A stretch of DNA of 32,957 nt. Source: Toensbergia leucococca (taxonomy: Eukaryota). Positions 11,083 through 22,997 of this stretch are shown here, one piece after another. Both the position numbers and the translations under genes were made by a program. Position 1 is the stretch's first letter. Each line of letters starts with the position of its first letter. Below the pieces are notes generated by a model that saw only the letters and a list, made by a program, of their open reading frames with translations, did not search any database and was not told the DNA's origin. The stretch spans positions 1-32,957 of the forward strand of contig JALDZS010000236.1 of NCBI GenBank assembly GCA_022813965.1. Direction: 5' to 3'.

Positions 11083-12480
11083 GTATGTGTATACGCATAG
11101 ATACATGGAAATTCCCAGTCCTCATTACTCTAGGTATGATGTTTTGCCCTGTCATTGTTTTCGAATGTCTTCATACAGCTCTAAGATCGCTGACATCCTC
11201 CAGATACACTTTCTACGGCTGAGTCATTGATCTCTTCTACTTAGAATAGTAGTTCCACACGGTCGCCCAAGAGGTAGTACTCCTTCTTGATCATAAAGCT
11301 AGGTGAGTCTATGGACTTCCACTTTGGATTGTGTGAAGATCCTTTCTCGAAGTTTCTGGATTATCTGCACGCTTGGTGTCTGTGATAAAGGTGCCCCATG
11401 TGACATCTGACTGCGAGTTTTGGTATCAGCAGTGAATCCATTTAACGTAGCTGAGTCCTTCCCAACCTTGCCGAAGCTTGTTTGAATGTCTTTTCGACAG
11501 CGCAGTACCTCAATTAGAGCAGCTTGAACCTGCGATTTTCTGATCAAATGCCAGAACACGTGTCCAACTGTCTCGATTTTGTCTCCTCTAAGGCCGGCGA
11601 TCTTGGATATAGCTATTATTTGGCATAAGATCAGATGCTAATGAGTTTAAGAAGGCGCGAACCCACTACATCATAAGACTCATTCAAGAGCAGAACATCC
11701 TGATCTTATCCTAAATGTAAGTTACCTAATCTGCACATTGATCTCTCTTGCATCATCGAGGCAAGTGTCAGACAGCATGTCCTCCTTCGAGTCGTAATGT
11801 GAACGTTGGACGAGCCAAATTTGGATATTCACGTCTTTCATTTGGCACTCCATCTCATCAAAAGAAACACGTGACTTTTCTACTGCTGATCTTTTCAAAT
11901 GTAGGATCGTTGGCTTGTGCGGTCTTCCTCACTAGACCCGTCCCTTTCCCGCTATCAGCATTCATCTCAGCTGCACGACGCTAGAACAATTTACTGTAAG
12001 TGAGAATTAGTCAGAGCTCTGTCCACCGTGAAACGAACCTTTACTATAAAGATCGTTGTCTCTGACGTTTTGTCATTATCATGCAGCCGGCAGTCAGCTT
12101 TCAGGCCTGCACTAGTGGGTTGAAACCCAAGCAAGATTCATTCACCACCCTCTTCAAGAGTGTAAGTGAGATCAGTGGACACTAGGATCTAACGCTTGCC
12201 CCCCATCGCTCTCTACATGTCTCCATTAGCCTTCGCTGACTGTGCTCCATTGTTCAAACATAGCATCTATCATTTCACTATTTCATAGCCTCGGTCACTG
12301 CACAAGTTCAGTGTCCTTCAAAAAGTTCTGCTTGGTGGTATCAAGGTAGCCGATTCTGTTTCAGCGTCTTCCTACAATTGTCTTGATCATCTCCCTTGCC
12401 CACTTTCCATCTAAGGCGACTAAGTTTTCAAGCGCAGTAGATACCCGGTTTACCATAAAAAGAGTGTCCCAAACGCCAAA
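11083..12480 (+). promoter_or_regulatory. Putative long multi-intron 5' leader of the PSP1-family gene, with uORFs
   Basis: Series of consensus donor/branch/acceptor sets on the + strand with no long ORF: 11134-11203, 11303-11429/11432 (or ~11651), 11717-11904, 11996-12086, 12162-12263, and a weak 12346-12437/12440. Confidence 0.55.
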
Positions 12481-15285
12481 ATGCAAGCACAAGTTGGCCA
12501 AGCAAAGCGCACGTCTTTCAGTGGCTTCCCAGGAGGAAATGCGTCCATTTTGCTAGAAAAGGCTAAGGCTGGTATTCGAGGTTCGACACCAGACTCTGAG
12601 GCCCTGGCTTCCTCCGATGATGAACAGGATCAGCATAATCGCTTGCATTCTATCACCAACACCCTTGCGCCGAAACCGATGCGTCGTTCCTCATGGTTAA
12701 CGGAAGTTCAACAAACATCACAATGGAAAGGTTCGTTCAATGGAAGTGGAGCTTTCTCTCCTGCAAGTTCTCACCCAACTACACCGTCTGGTGATCAAAA
12801 TTCCTGGGCTCTTAATGCAGGCCCACCTACAGGGTCTACGAAAGGTCGTGGTCACTCCAATAGCACGTCTTTCCCATGGGGAAATGCTATATGGAACAAC
12901 GATTCTCAGAAAGGACTGCCCTTACGCTTGTCAGAAGTCCTACCGTCGCCTACCAGCCTTGGTCCTCCAGCACCTTCAGGGCTTTATAGCGATGAGCCAT
13001 TGCTTAGTCCTCCGCTGAGCCGAGATAATTTGGCAGAGTCATCCATTCCATTCGCCATCCCGCTCCAACCAACGTTGAAGACATATCGCTCGCAATCGTA
13101 CTCAGTCGGTCAATTAGATCCAGAATCAACAAATGCGCATCCGAGCAATAATGGTGGACACTTTATCAACGGCCGCACAAGGGGAGGCACCCCTTATGCC
13201 GGCCTTCAACACAGACCCTCAAGACCAAGCATGCTAGGTGAAATGCCTCACGACAACTCTTCACTAGGACGGGTTCGCGAGGTCGAGGATGACGATGGGA
13301 GTTCTAACGGATCAGAATCCGGGGTTCAATTATCGACAACGCAAGCGCGGACGATAGAACAGCTCGCCATGGAGAACGCTTTACTTCGACAGGCGGCTGC
13401 GAATCAGATCGAAACCACGAGGATCAGGAATCGCGCAGCAACAACAAGTTCCGCAGTCAAAGGGCTGCCAGCCCGGATTAAAGTCCAGGGCCATCATCAG
13501 CGTATCCACGAAAGCGTGCCTGAAGAAACGGACTATGCCCCGAACGATCTAGACGAAGCGATTGAAAATCCGGGTTATGGCCATGAAGGCATGAGTGGGA
13601 GGAGATTTAGTGAGTACGGTGCTGACAGTGGTCAGCAATATTTCGTTACAGGTATTCCGGAGAATCGAACATTGGAGAATGTTAAGAAGGGTCAGTGGCA
13701 GAGCTCTCTAGGCTTCGGTGGCATAGGAGAGCCCCCTCAAAGCCGCCGGCACTCTTTTGCCGACGTCCCACCTCGTCATGGTTCGATCAGCTCGGCCGGC
13801 GAATCACAAAACGGCTTTGTTGCGATAGACAACGGTCTAGTCAATAATGGTAGACAAGGAAGTCCAACAGGATATGTTGATGGATTGGCTCGCCCGTCCC
13901 AAGGCGATAGTGGTGAGTATACTCATTTTCGTTTGCGTCAGACTCTCGAAGAAGAGGCATTGGAACGCGAGCATTTACACGCTCGCAATTTTGCAGCTTC
14001 CTACTTCTCTAGAACCGATCGAGAGGTTCACGGTCCCTCGATGTCCCCAGCTTCACTCCATCAAGCATATTCAACACACACCCAGTATAGTCGCTCGCAA
14101 CCCCCCGGCCAGCCTCAGCCACGGCTCAATCAGCTGCTCTACGTCGTCGCATTCAAGGCTTGCAGAGCGGATGTCTTTTATGTCCACGAAGGAACAGGTT
14201 TACAAATTAAGACGGGTGATTTAGTTATTGTAGAAGCCGATAGAGGTACAGATCTAGGCACTGTGTGCTTTGACAATATCACATGGTCTAGGGCGAAAGA
14301 ATTGAAAGAACAATACGTCGAGGAGCACTTTAGATGGCTTATGATGTTTTCTCGCCATGGTCAGAATGGAAATGGCCCTGGCCCGAACCAGAGCGGGGCG
14401 ACAACTACGTCGAATGGCATACAGATCAGCGCAATCGGAGGCATGGGCCCCGGTCAGACTGGTGCCCAAGAGACCACTACTACAGAATTGAAGCCTAAGA
14501 TGATCAAGCGTCTGGCTCAAGCCCATGAGATCCAGACACTGAGAGACAAAGAAGGTAACGAAGCAAAGGCAAAGCGCGTTTGCCAGCAAAAAGTCGTTGA
14601 ACACAGATTGAATATGGAAATCCTTGACGCTGAATTTCAGATGTGAGTGCTAAGTGTGAAGTAATACACCACGGTACTAATTCTACCATGTAGGGATTGG
14701 AAGAAACTAACTTTCTACTATTTTGCTGATGCGTACATCAACTTTAACTCCCTAGTCACCGATCTCTTCAAGATCTACAAGACTCGTATTTGGATGTCTG
14801 CGATTAATCCTGCATCATTCGTAACGCCAGTTGCGGGCTTACAACTTCCTTCCGGCCTTGGGCCTGGTGCTTTTACTTCAGACCGTGATCATTACCCAGA
14901 TCGCCGCCAACCAAAAGATAATCTGAATTTTACACCGATGACTGCGTCTCATATAGCACCGGGAGGATTCGATCATGGTTGGGAACCGTCGCGAGACACG
15001 GATCCACTTGGCACCGCGACATTTCCTCGCATCTACGCACAGCCCTTCCAAACTCCTAACCTCGAAAATCGCCCGTTGGAGCTTGATCTGACTGGATACC
15101 GTCACGGCGGACAACAATCAGTCGGCTTACACTCACCTTTCGACCCTACTGGCTACATATTACCAGACCTTCAGCATGCCATGTACACTACTCCTGCGGG
15201 ACACAGCAATGGGACAGTCAGAAAACCCCATGTGCTCGGTAGCGATTGGACTAATAGCTTTCATGGGCTATCTCTTGGTTCTTGA
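12481..15285 (+). CDS. PSP1: PSP1-family protein (long low-complexity N-terminus, C-terminal PSP1 domain)
   Basis: LYVVAFKACRADVFYV, GDLVIVEADRGTDLGTV, KPKMIKRLAQAHEIQTLRDKEGNEAKAKRVCQQKV, MEILDAEFQMDWKKLTFYYFADAYINFNSLVTDLFKIYKTRIWMSAINP. Intron 14643-14693 joins the two ORFs in frame. Confidence 0.88.
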
Positions 15286-16256
15286 TTAGTCTTGTCAAGA
15301 CGTCGAATTTAGACTTTGATGGTTGGAGAGCTATGTAGCCGAAGGAATAAAATCGAACATCAAACGAGGCGACATCGACGACTGCTAAAAAACCATTGCA
15401 AGGTCCACGATGTGTCATTATTACACGTCGTGAATTCAGAATAATTCAGCAGGGTTTCCATACTGGCTTCTTTACATCTTTTCCTACCTTCTCGAGTCTA
15501 GGGGCTCCTGTCGGGGAATGACCATAAAATGCTTGCACGATACCTCTAGATTCCTTGATGCTTCTCTGGCGCCTATAGACGGAAACCTCCGAGCAGAAGG
15601 GCACTTGATGCTTTGCTAAGCTGTCTTCTGGCGGGTTCAATATGACTCTATTGATGATTTTATGACCCTGTGTGCTTATACGGCTATATCCCACGGTATT
15701 ATCGATTGCGTTCCATCGGACTCTACTGTGGCGATCAGAAACAGGCTGGTCATGTGGGAATTGGATACCTGTTTCAGGTGTGCCGAGCGTACCACAGAAT
15801 TACATACTGCAATTGGCTTGTTCGTATTTAGCTGAATAGCTTATTGGCTACAAGCAATGAGATCCATAAATTTGCTATATCTCATATCTGGGCGAGCACG
15901 TGAAGTATGGCAAGACGGATAATTGCACATATCCTGAGGATGAGATACTCCCATTGCCTTGATCGGGCAACCTTTCTCAGGCAGCGAGAATATACAGAGT
16001 CCTCTACCAATGTTGGAAGAGCTAACAAGATGTCTTCTACGGTACGAAGCTCGAGTAAACGCCATTTTTGTGGTGGGCTTTCAAACTCATCAGAAGGTAC
16101 ATTTCCCATGTCAGACGGTGTAAAGTGGGGCTGAGCTCTTTCAATACTTCAGTGTACTATGTAGAAGATGAATGTCCGACGGCCACTTCCGGTAAAGATC
16201 AATCCCATTCACTCATTGACGCATCAAATTTACACTAGAAAAAGCCCCGCAGCATT

Positions 16257-17217
16257 ATGGATCCAGCCAGCCAGAGAAAGACTGGTGAGAGCTTCCGTTT
16301 CATGGTATGCTTCTACTTAGCTAATCGTCCCGGTGCGTTGAGCTGGCGGAGATTTTCTTGAATCGCCAGAGCTGAAGAAGACGGAACATAGTCGACGAGG
16401 AGTGCCTTCAACTCGCAGCCCCTCGACGTCAGATGACAATCCTGGGCGCTTGGAAAGCCAGTATGCTCGAATAATAACTGTCTATCATTATGGCGTGGCT
16501 AATTGGACGCATAGGAATTTCTTGGCTCTGACTAGGGCCACAGCGCAGCAGCAGTCTGCAAGGCAGATGGATGGTCACGCAGAAAGTTTTCATGCTATTG
16601 TTGGGGATTGTAAGCTCGAACTCTCTGGCCTGCTGGTTAGAAACATAGAAAGGACGTATGTGCGGACGCCAGCCTTTGAGACATTTGAAGTAGAAGCTGA
16701 GTGCTTTGCAAGACTGTCACAATTTACGGAATCGCAGACAACCTTTGCATCGATCCTTGCCATTGGCCTGCTGCGCCAAGATGGTAAATCCGAACCAGTG
16801 GCACGCCTAGTCCACAAGAAAGTTGACATGACTATTGTCCATTCCAAGGAATTCGTCCGAAGATACGAGACCCTTTGCCACAAGGTCGTCTCTCAAATAG
16901 ACCGTATGCTTCCTGGACAGGAATGGAATACTGATTGCGGCAAATTACAAATCCTTTTGGATGCGGAGAAGACAATTGCCATACGACATATTCACAAATT
17001 GTTGGATGACAGAAGTATCGCACCTGACGAACATCGCATAGAGGGCAAAGCTCGATCGGGAGAGGATATCTGGAGCAATGGTCTCCTGGAATTTCAGCGG
17101 TATGGAGAAGAATACAGTGCTCCCACGAAAGGTGATGGTTGGGGCATGATCGCAAGACATGCTGAAAAGAATGTCCGGCGCATCGTTCGATATCTACCCG
17201 ATCATGTGTCTGATTGA
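16257..17217 (+). CDS. Hypothetical protein (predicted helical)
   Basis: 271-codon ORF. A plausible model is ATG 16257 with introns 16285-16342, 16461-16514 and 16656-16712. Further intron-like segments upstream (16097-16152, 16192-16238) do not join in frame, so the 5' structure is uncertain. Confidence 0.55.
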
Positions 17218-17658
17218 TTTGACTGGTGATCTACCTCAATGGGTCTTGCTGATAACCCAAGGTTTAAGTCATAGCTGGGTTCTTGCTTTGAAAATTATAT
17301 AGAGCTGAGGCGCGCCTATTGTAAGAACTAAAACCAATATTACGGACCGAGGGACGGAGACTTACCTTACCTAAGCAACTAAGGTATTTTAAGCTCGCTC
17401 CTCGCTACCTAAAATACTCGCTTAGTGCTAGCTTCAAATCTTAGTAGTAGAGGTAATGCGCACACAATGGAAATCATCCGACTTTCACTTCACAATTTTT
17501 GTTACTAGCAACAGTCACCATTGGCAAAGGTATGATCTCGATTCTATCCTACCAAACCCGTTTGCCAGGATATGATACAAAGCACTTTATCATAGAAGCT
17601 CCATTTCCTTCTACAGGAAAACGTTGGAACAGAAAGTTGATCAATTTGGCTTTTACAG

Positions 17659-18520
17659 ATGGGTGCCCTTAAATACGTTGAGGAGCTTCAGAAGAAGAAA
17701 CAATCCGACGTTCTACGTTTCCTATTGCGCGTACGGTGCTGGGAGGTAAGAAAAGCTCGCAAGTCTACCACCTGCGGCCCAAGCCCAAAACGCACAGCCA
17801 GTCTGGACATTGAAACACTTTCCGTGGCAAAATTGTTGTCTTGCTATACACTCGTTGAACCCAGCTGAGAGTGCATTAATATAGCTTCGGCAATTAAATG
17901 TCATCCATCGAGCATCTCGTCCGTCACGTCCGGATAAGGCTCGTCGTCTCGGGTACAAGGCCAAGCAGGGATATGTAATTTACCGCGTGCGTGTCCGGAG
18001 AGGAGGACGAAAGCGGCCAGTACCCAAGGGCGCCACATACGGTCAGCACAACACCCTGTCTGTAACGAGTACAGCTATGGTTAATAAGTCTTACCTCTAG
18101 GCAAGCCTACCAACCAGGGCGTTAACCAGCTGAAATATCAACGTTCATTAAAGTCGACTGCAGAGGAGCGTGTTGGGCGCCGCTGTGCAAATTTGAGGGT
18201 CTTAAATTCCTATTGGGTCAATCAAGACTCAACCTACAAGTACTTCGAAGTTATTCTCGTTGACCCGCAGCATAAAGCCATTCGCCGTGATTCACGTATC
18301 AATTGGATAGTTAAGCCTGTTCACAAAGTATGAACTATGTACCTTATTAGTTCACAAACCTTGGCTAATCAGGTCCTAGCATCGCGAATCACGTGGCTTG
18401 ACTGCCACCGGAAAGAAGTCTCGTGGCCTCGGCAAAGGTCACAAGTTCAACAAGACGACTGCTGGGAGGAGGAAGACCTGGAAACGCCATAACACACAGT
18501 CTTATTGGAGGTACCGATAG
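17659..18520 (+). CDS. RPL15: 60S ribosomal protein L15 (eL15)
   Basis: [58 protein letters not shown]...[26 protein letters not shown]...[16 protein letters not shown]...WRYR*. Introns 17746-17884, 18042-18100, 18328-18379, plus a 5'UTR intron 17530-17658 ending directly at the ATG. Confidence 0.97.
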
Positions 18521-18546
18521 AAATGGAGGGGCATACGCTTTCTAGC

Positions 18547-18582
18547 AAGAAGAGTAGTAAGAAGAGTAGTAAGAAGAGTAGC
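18547..18582 (+). repeat. 3 x 12-bp tandem repeat (AAGAAGAGTAGT) in the RPL15 3' region
   Basis: Read directly; the last copy ends in C instead of T. Confidence 0.9.
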
Positions 18583-19170
18583 TTGTGTTTCAGTTTCCTG
18601 CGTTGTCAACTCTCAACTGCTAGAAAATCACTTGAAATCTGTAACTGCGCCAGAGCCTCGGAAGGCTTTTGAATGAAGCAGAACTACCCTCTTCCATTAC
18701 TGCTTTATGAGATATGGATTCTTTTGCGAAGTATCAGAGCGAGAGAACATGGTGTTCATCAACTGGTCACCGTACGAGCTAGGTGCACGTAGACATTGTC
18801 TTTGAAGTTCACTAAACTACGGTGACCATTCGAAATATTCTACGGATACGTTTCGACCTGTCACGTAACAAGTCAAGCGAACGCCTCGTCCTTTCCCAAT
18901 TCACCATTAACCATGTTGCCTCGAGGTACAACTGTCTGGGAAAGGTCAGCAAGGCCAGTAAAAGCAGCACCATATCGAGATACGGGCCAATCCGTGGTAT
19001 CGACTCGATCAACTGCTTCAAGCTGCCAAGCTAACTTGGCGGACACAAAGCAGTCCATTCATCACGGGTGAACACCTCAGGTATCCAGGCCTTCACAGTA
19101 CTGCTCATTGGGTTCCATTGCTTCATGACGCTTTGAATATCCCCAGCGCGCCTTCGCCGTGACTAGATAA

Positions 19171-22100
19171 ATGCCTTCTTGGCCTTCTCGTTTGCTTTTA
19201 GGCTCCTCGGCGCCAAGTACCCCGTCACAGGCCCTTGATTCTCCTGCGGTACAAAGCCCCTCACAGAAATTTACTGATTTTGGAGCTCCCCAACAAGAGG
19301 CGTACCTATATGGTGTGCCGATTCTGCAGCCATCTGCTTCCCTGGGTTCATCCTCAACTTCAATTCCCATCCGAGAGGGTACTCGACATGGCCGGTCATT
19401 CAGTCATCCTTTTCCTTCTCTCTTTGGTAGTGGTAGAAGATCAGACAGGAGACCGGAAGGCAATATTAATACGGCTGACTTGGATTCCCTTGACGACCAG
19501 GCTTTCAGGGCTTTCCCAGTGACTTCAGTGAATGACTCTAAGACACAAAGTTCCAGGGCAACACCGCATTATGGAGAGAAGGATCACGTGACTGGGAAAT
19601 GCAGCACTTGTGATTCAGTGGTGCGGTGGCCGAAGCATATCAATGTCTTTCGCTGCACAGTGTGCCTTATGATCAACGACCTGAACCCAGTACCTCGGGA
19701 GATACCAGTAGAAGATGCTTGTGGTAGAAAATCTCCGATTGAGGCTGCAAAAGATTCCGGACTTTTGAGAGAAGGCATGTTGGCCCTAAGCTATAGGGAT
19801 ATCCCGGTCTAATTGAAGCCTTAGCACCTCACTTGTCTTTGGAGCGAACGAAGGCACTCATTGACGAGTGCTTATTACTCTACTTGCGATCGCTCTTTGG
19901 GTGCCTTCGAGCAGATGAGTCAAATGCTAGTCACGGGGATGTTGCACAAATACGTGGCAATGCTATAGAAGGAGACTACAACGCCCCCATCATTAGCGTT
20001 GCTACTGGAATTCGGCACGATAAGCTGGATTACGCTCTTCAGGAAACCGGCCATGGTTTGGAGCCTTCTACATTTTCTCTGCCCACGTCTCCCAACGTAA
20101 ATAATCTGGGTTCCAGCGTGCTACGAGGACGAGTTACAAACAATGCGGGTCCACCTCCATCCAGAGCTCCTCCGCCGCCACCGAAGGTGGATGAGGATAC
20201 GCTTGAATTGTCTACTTCTGAAGCAACACAGCAGATTAGACTTAATCGGGCGAAATCCATATTCCGATCGCTTGAGAAATATGTTTCGACTTGCTTCAGT
20301 AGCTTTGAGAGCATCAACGGTTCTTTTTCCATAAGAAGGCCCCCACGAGCAGCGCGAGCTGTCAGTGAAGGCGCACCGACTTCTGCAACCATGAAAACAA
20401 AGCTTGATGATTGGAATGATCATGAAACCCCTCTTTCTGAATTGGACGCGAAAACATTGCTACTCGGTGATTTTGCCGAGAATGGTATGTGGTGGACGGG
20501 TAGAGCTCGAGTTGAATGCACACAGTCCCAAAGGGTCTCAGCAATGAGATCTGACAGCACAGACGCCTCGGGAAACCGGGTGGGATTCAAAACGCCTCGC
20601 ATTCACTGGGGTGAGTTGAATGAATGGTATCATACCATTCTATCTGCCGGACGTTCTTGGAAGACCGTGCTGAAAGACCTCCAAGCAAATTGCCCTGATA
20701 TCGAAGGACGCTATGGCTATGACTTTACGAACCATCAGCAGCAGATCGAGGAAGATATCGCTGGAGCTTGTATGCATCTACAGCGGACCCTTCTGAAAGC
20801 TTGTGAAAACCTTCTTCGGCGACCTGGACGCCCTTTGCGGAACCCTGAAGACTCCAGATTCTTGTTCATACTTCTAGCCAATCCACTTCTGTATCCGCCT
20901 GGTCCCAGTCAGGCAACATCTTCATCACCAGTCAAGACCCAGAGCTACACCAGCCGAGATCAAAAAGTGAATTTGCCACCATCTGCGACTACCTCACAGC
21001 AGAGAGTGGTGTCCCGAAAACCGCCTGTCATGAAAGCTAGTCTGGCAGGCCAGCATTCTGGGATTTTGAAGCGTATCTTTGGGTTGATGTCAAACCTTCC
21101 TAACGAATGTCATCATCACCTTATTGCCTGGATTTCTAGATTCTCAGAAACTCAATTTCGTAGAATTGTCGATCTGGTTGGGAGCTTCGTCACATATCGA
21201 CTGACTCGACAGCATGGACGGGAACGCAGGAGCAATCGTGCTTCGACGAATGGTCTGGTACCAAATGTGTCCGGGCCAGGAGCAGGAAGTTCCGCACAAT
21301 TACATGCAGCTCTTGGAACCATTGGTACCATGAAACCATCAGAAACATATGACAGCACTGTCGAGTATAGTGAAGATTGGCAGATCAAGGCAGCTGCGAG
21401 GGTGATGTCACTACTATTCTCCGCGAATAGCAACAGTCTTTTCCGCAAACAGGATGCTACAAGGGCAGCCTCACCTGAGCTGGCGATAGCGTTCGCAGCT
21501 CGCCAACGCACTCACACACATGGCCTGGTTCTTCCCATAAGTACCTTCTATAACACTCTCCTCGACTATTCGGATCTCATCGCTGACTTCGAGGCATGGG
21601 AATCTCGAAGGACGAAGTTCTCGTTCTGTCAGTACCCGATGTTCTTGTCGATCTGGGCCAAAATTCACATTATGGAGCATGATGCTCGTCGGCAGATGGA
21701 GATTAAGGCTCGTGAAGCATTTTTTAATAGTATTATGAGTCGAAAGGCGGTTAGTCAGTACCTTGTACTTAAGGTTCGCAGAGATTGTTTGGTAGAGGAC
21801 AGTCTTCGTGGTGTTAGTGAGGTCGTAGGTACCGGCGATGAAGATATCAAGAAAGGCCTACGAATTGAATTTATAGGAGAAGAGGGTGTGGATGCTGGAG
21901 GGTATGTGCGCGTTTTGTGCCTATCTTCGAGAATGTTCCAAGAGGCCACTACTAACTTGTGACAGTCTGCGGAAAGAATGGTTTTCACTACTGGTGCGGG
22001 AAGTCTTTGACCCTGAGCACGGTCGGTACTCATTTTCTGTGTAGCTAGTGAGACATACTTACCGTGAAAAACAGGACTTTTCATCTACGATGAAGATTCA

Positions 22101-22997
22101 CACTGCTGCTATTTCAACCCCAACAGTTTTGAGACCTCGGACCAGTTCTTCCTAGTTGGTGTGTTACTTGGTCTCGCCATCTACAATTCGACCATTCTCG
22201 ATGTTGCCCTTCCCCCATTCGCCTTCAGGAAATTACTCGCGTCCGCACCGAACTATACTGGACCTATAACGACATCTTTACGCCCAACTATCAACTATAC
22301 TTTAGAGGATCTCGCGGAGTTTCGGCCAGCCCTTGCAAAGGGCTTGGTCCAGTTACTCGAGTACGATGGCGACGTCGAGGAGACTTTCTGCCGTGACTTC
22401 GTTGCTGGGATTGATCGCTACGGCCATGTTACATCAGCCCCTCTTTGCCCAAACGGAGAGAATCGGCCAGTGACCAACAAAAACCGACGGGAATTTGTAG
22501 AGCTCTACACCCAGTATCTTCTAGATATAGCTGTCAGCCGGCAATTCGAACCCTTTAAACGTGGATTTTTCACTGTCTGCGGAGGAAACGCTCTCTCGTT
22601 ATTTCGTCCTGAAGAAATCGAGCTACTTGTTCGAGGTTCCGACGAACTGTTAGACGTGGCCTCCCTTCAGGCAGTTTCCATCTACGAAAACTGGGGAAAA
22701 GGAGTGCATGCAGAGACAGAGCCACTGGTCATGTGGTTCTGGGACATTTTCGCCAATGCAGATGTCAAAGAGCAAAGGAAAATACTGAGTTTTATTACTG
22801 CCAGCGATCGTATCCCGGCAATGGGCGCGACTAGTCTGGTCATCAAGGTTGTATGCCTTGGCGAAGATTCCGATAGATTCCCGACAGCTAGGACCTGCTT
22901 CAACATGCTAGGATTATACAAGTATCAGAGCAAGAAAAAGCTAGAGGTAAAGCTCTGGCGAGCAATTCTTGAGAGCGAGGGATTTGGACTAAGGTAA
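19171..22997 (+). CDS. HUL4: HECT E3 ubiquitin ligase, Hul4/Mug30-like
   Basis: DWQIKAAARVMSLLFSAN, FYNTLLDY, FSFCQYPMFLS, LKVRRDCLVEDSL, IEFIGEEGVDAGGLRKEWF, LGLAIYNSTILDV, FRPEEIELLVRGS, PTARTCFNMLGL (catalytic Cys), ESEGFGLR*. Introns 19775-19824 (GC-AG), 21902-21965, 22022-22074. Confidence 0.9.

Noticed and set aside
11083..12480. TPP riboswitch or box C/D snoRNA cluster in the leader introns
   Set aside because: No TPP aptamer core and no paired RUGAUGA...CUGA boxes recognised.
13913..13918. GTGAGT donor inside the PSP1 ORF
   Set aside because: No convincing branch site and acceptor nearby, and the frame stays open, so it is not called as an intron.
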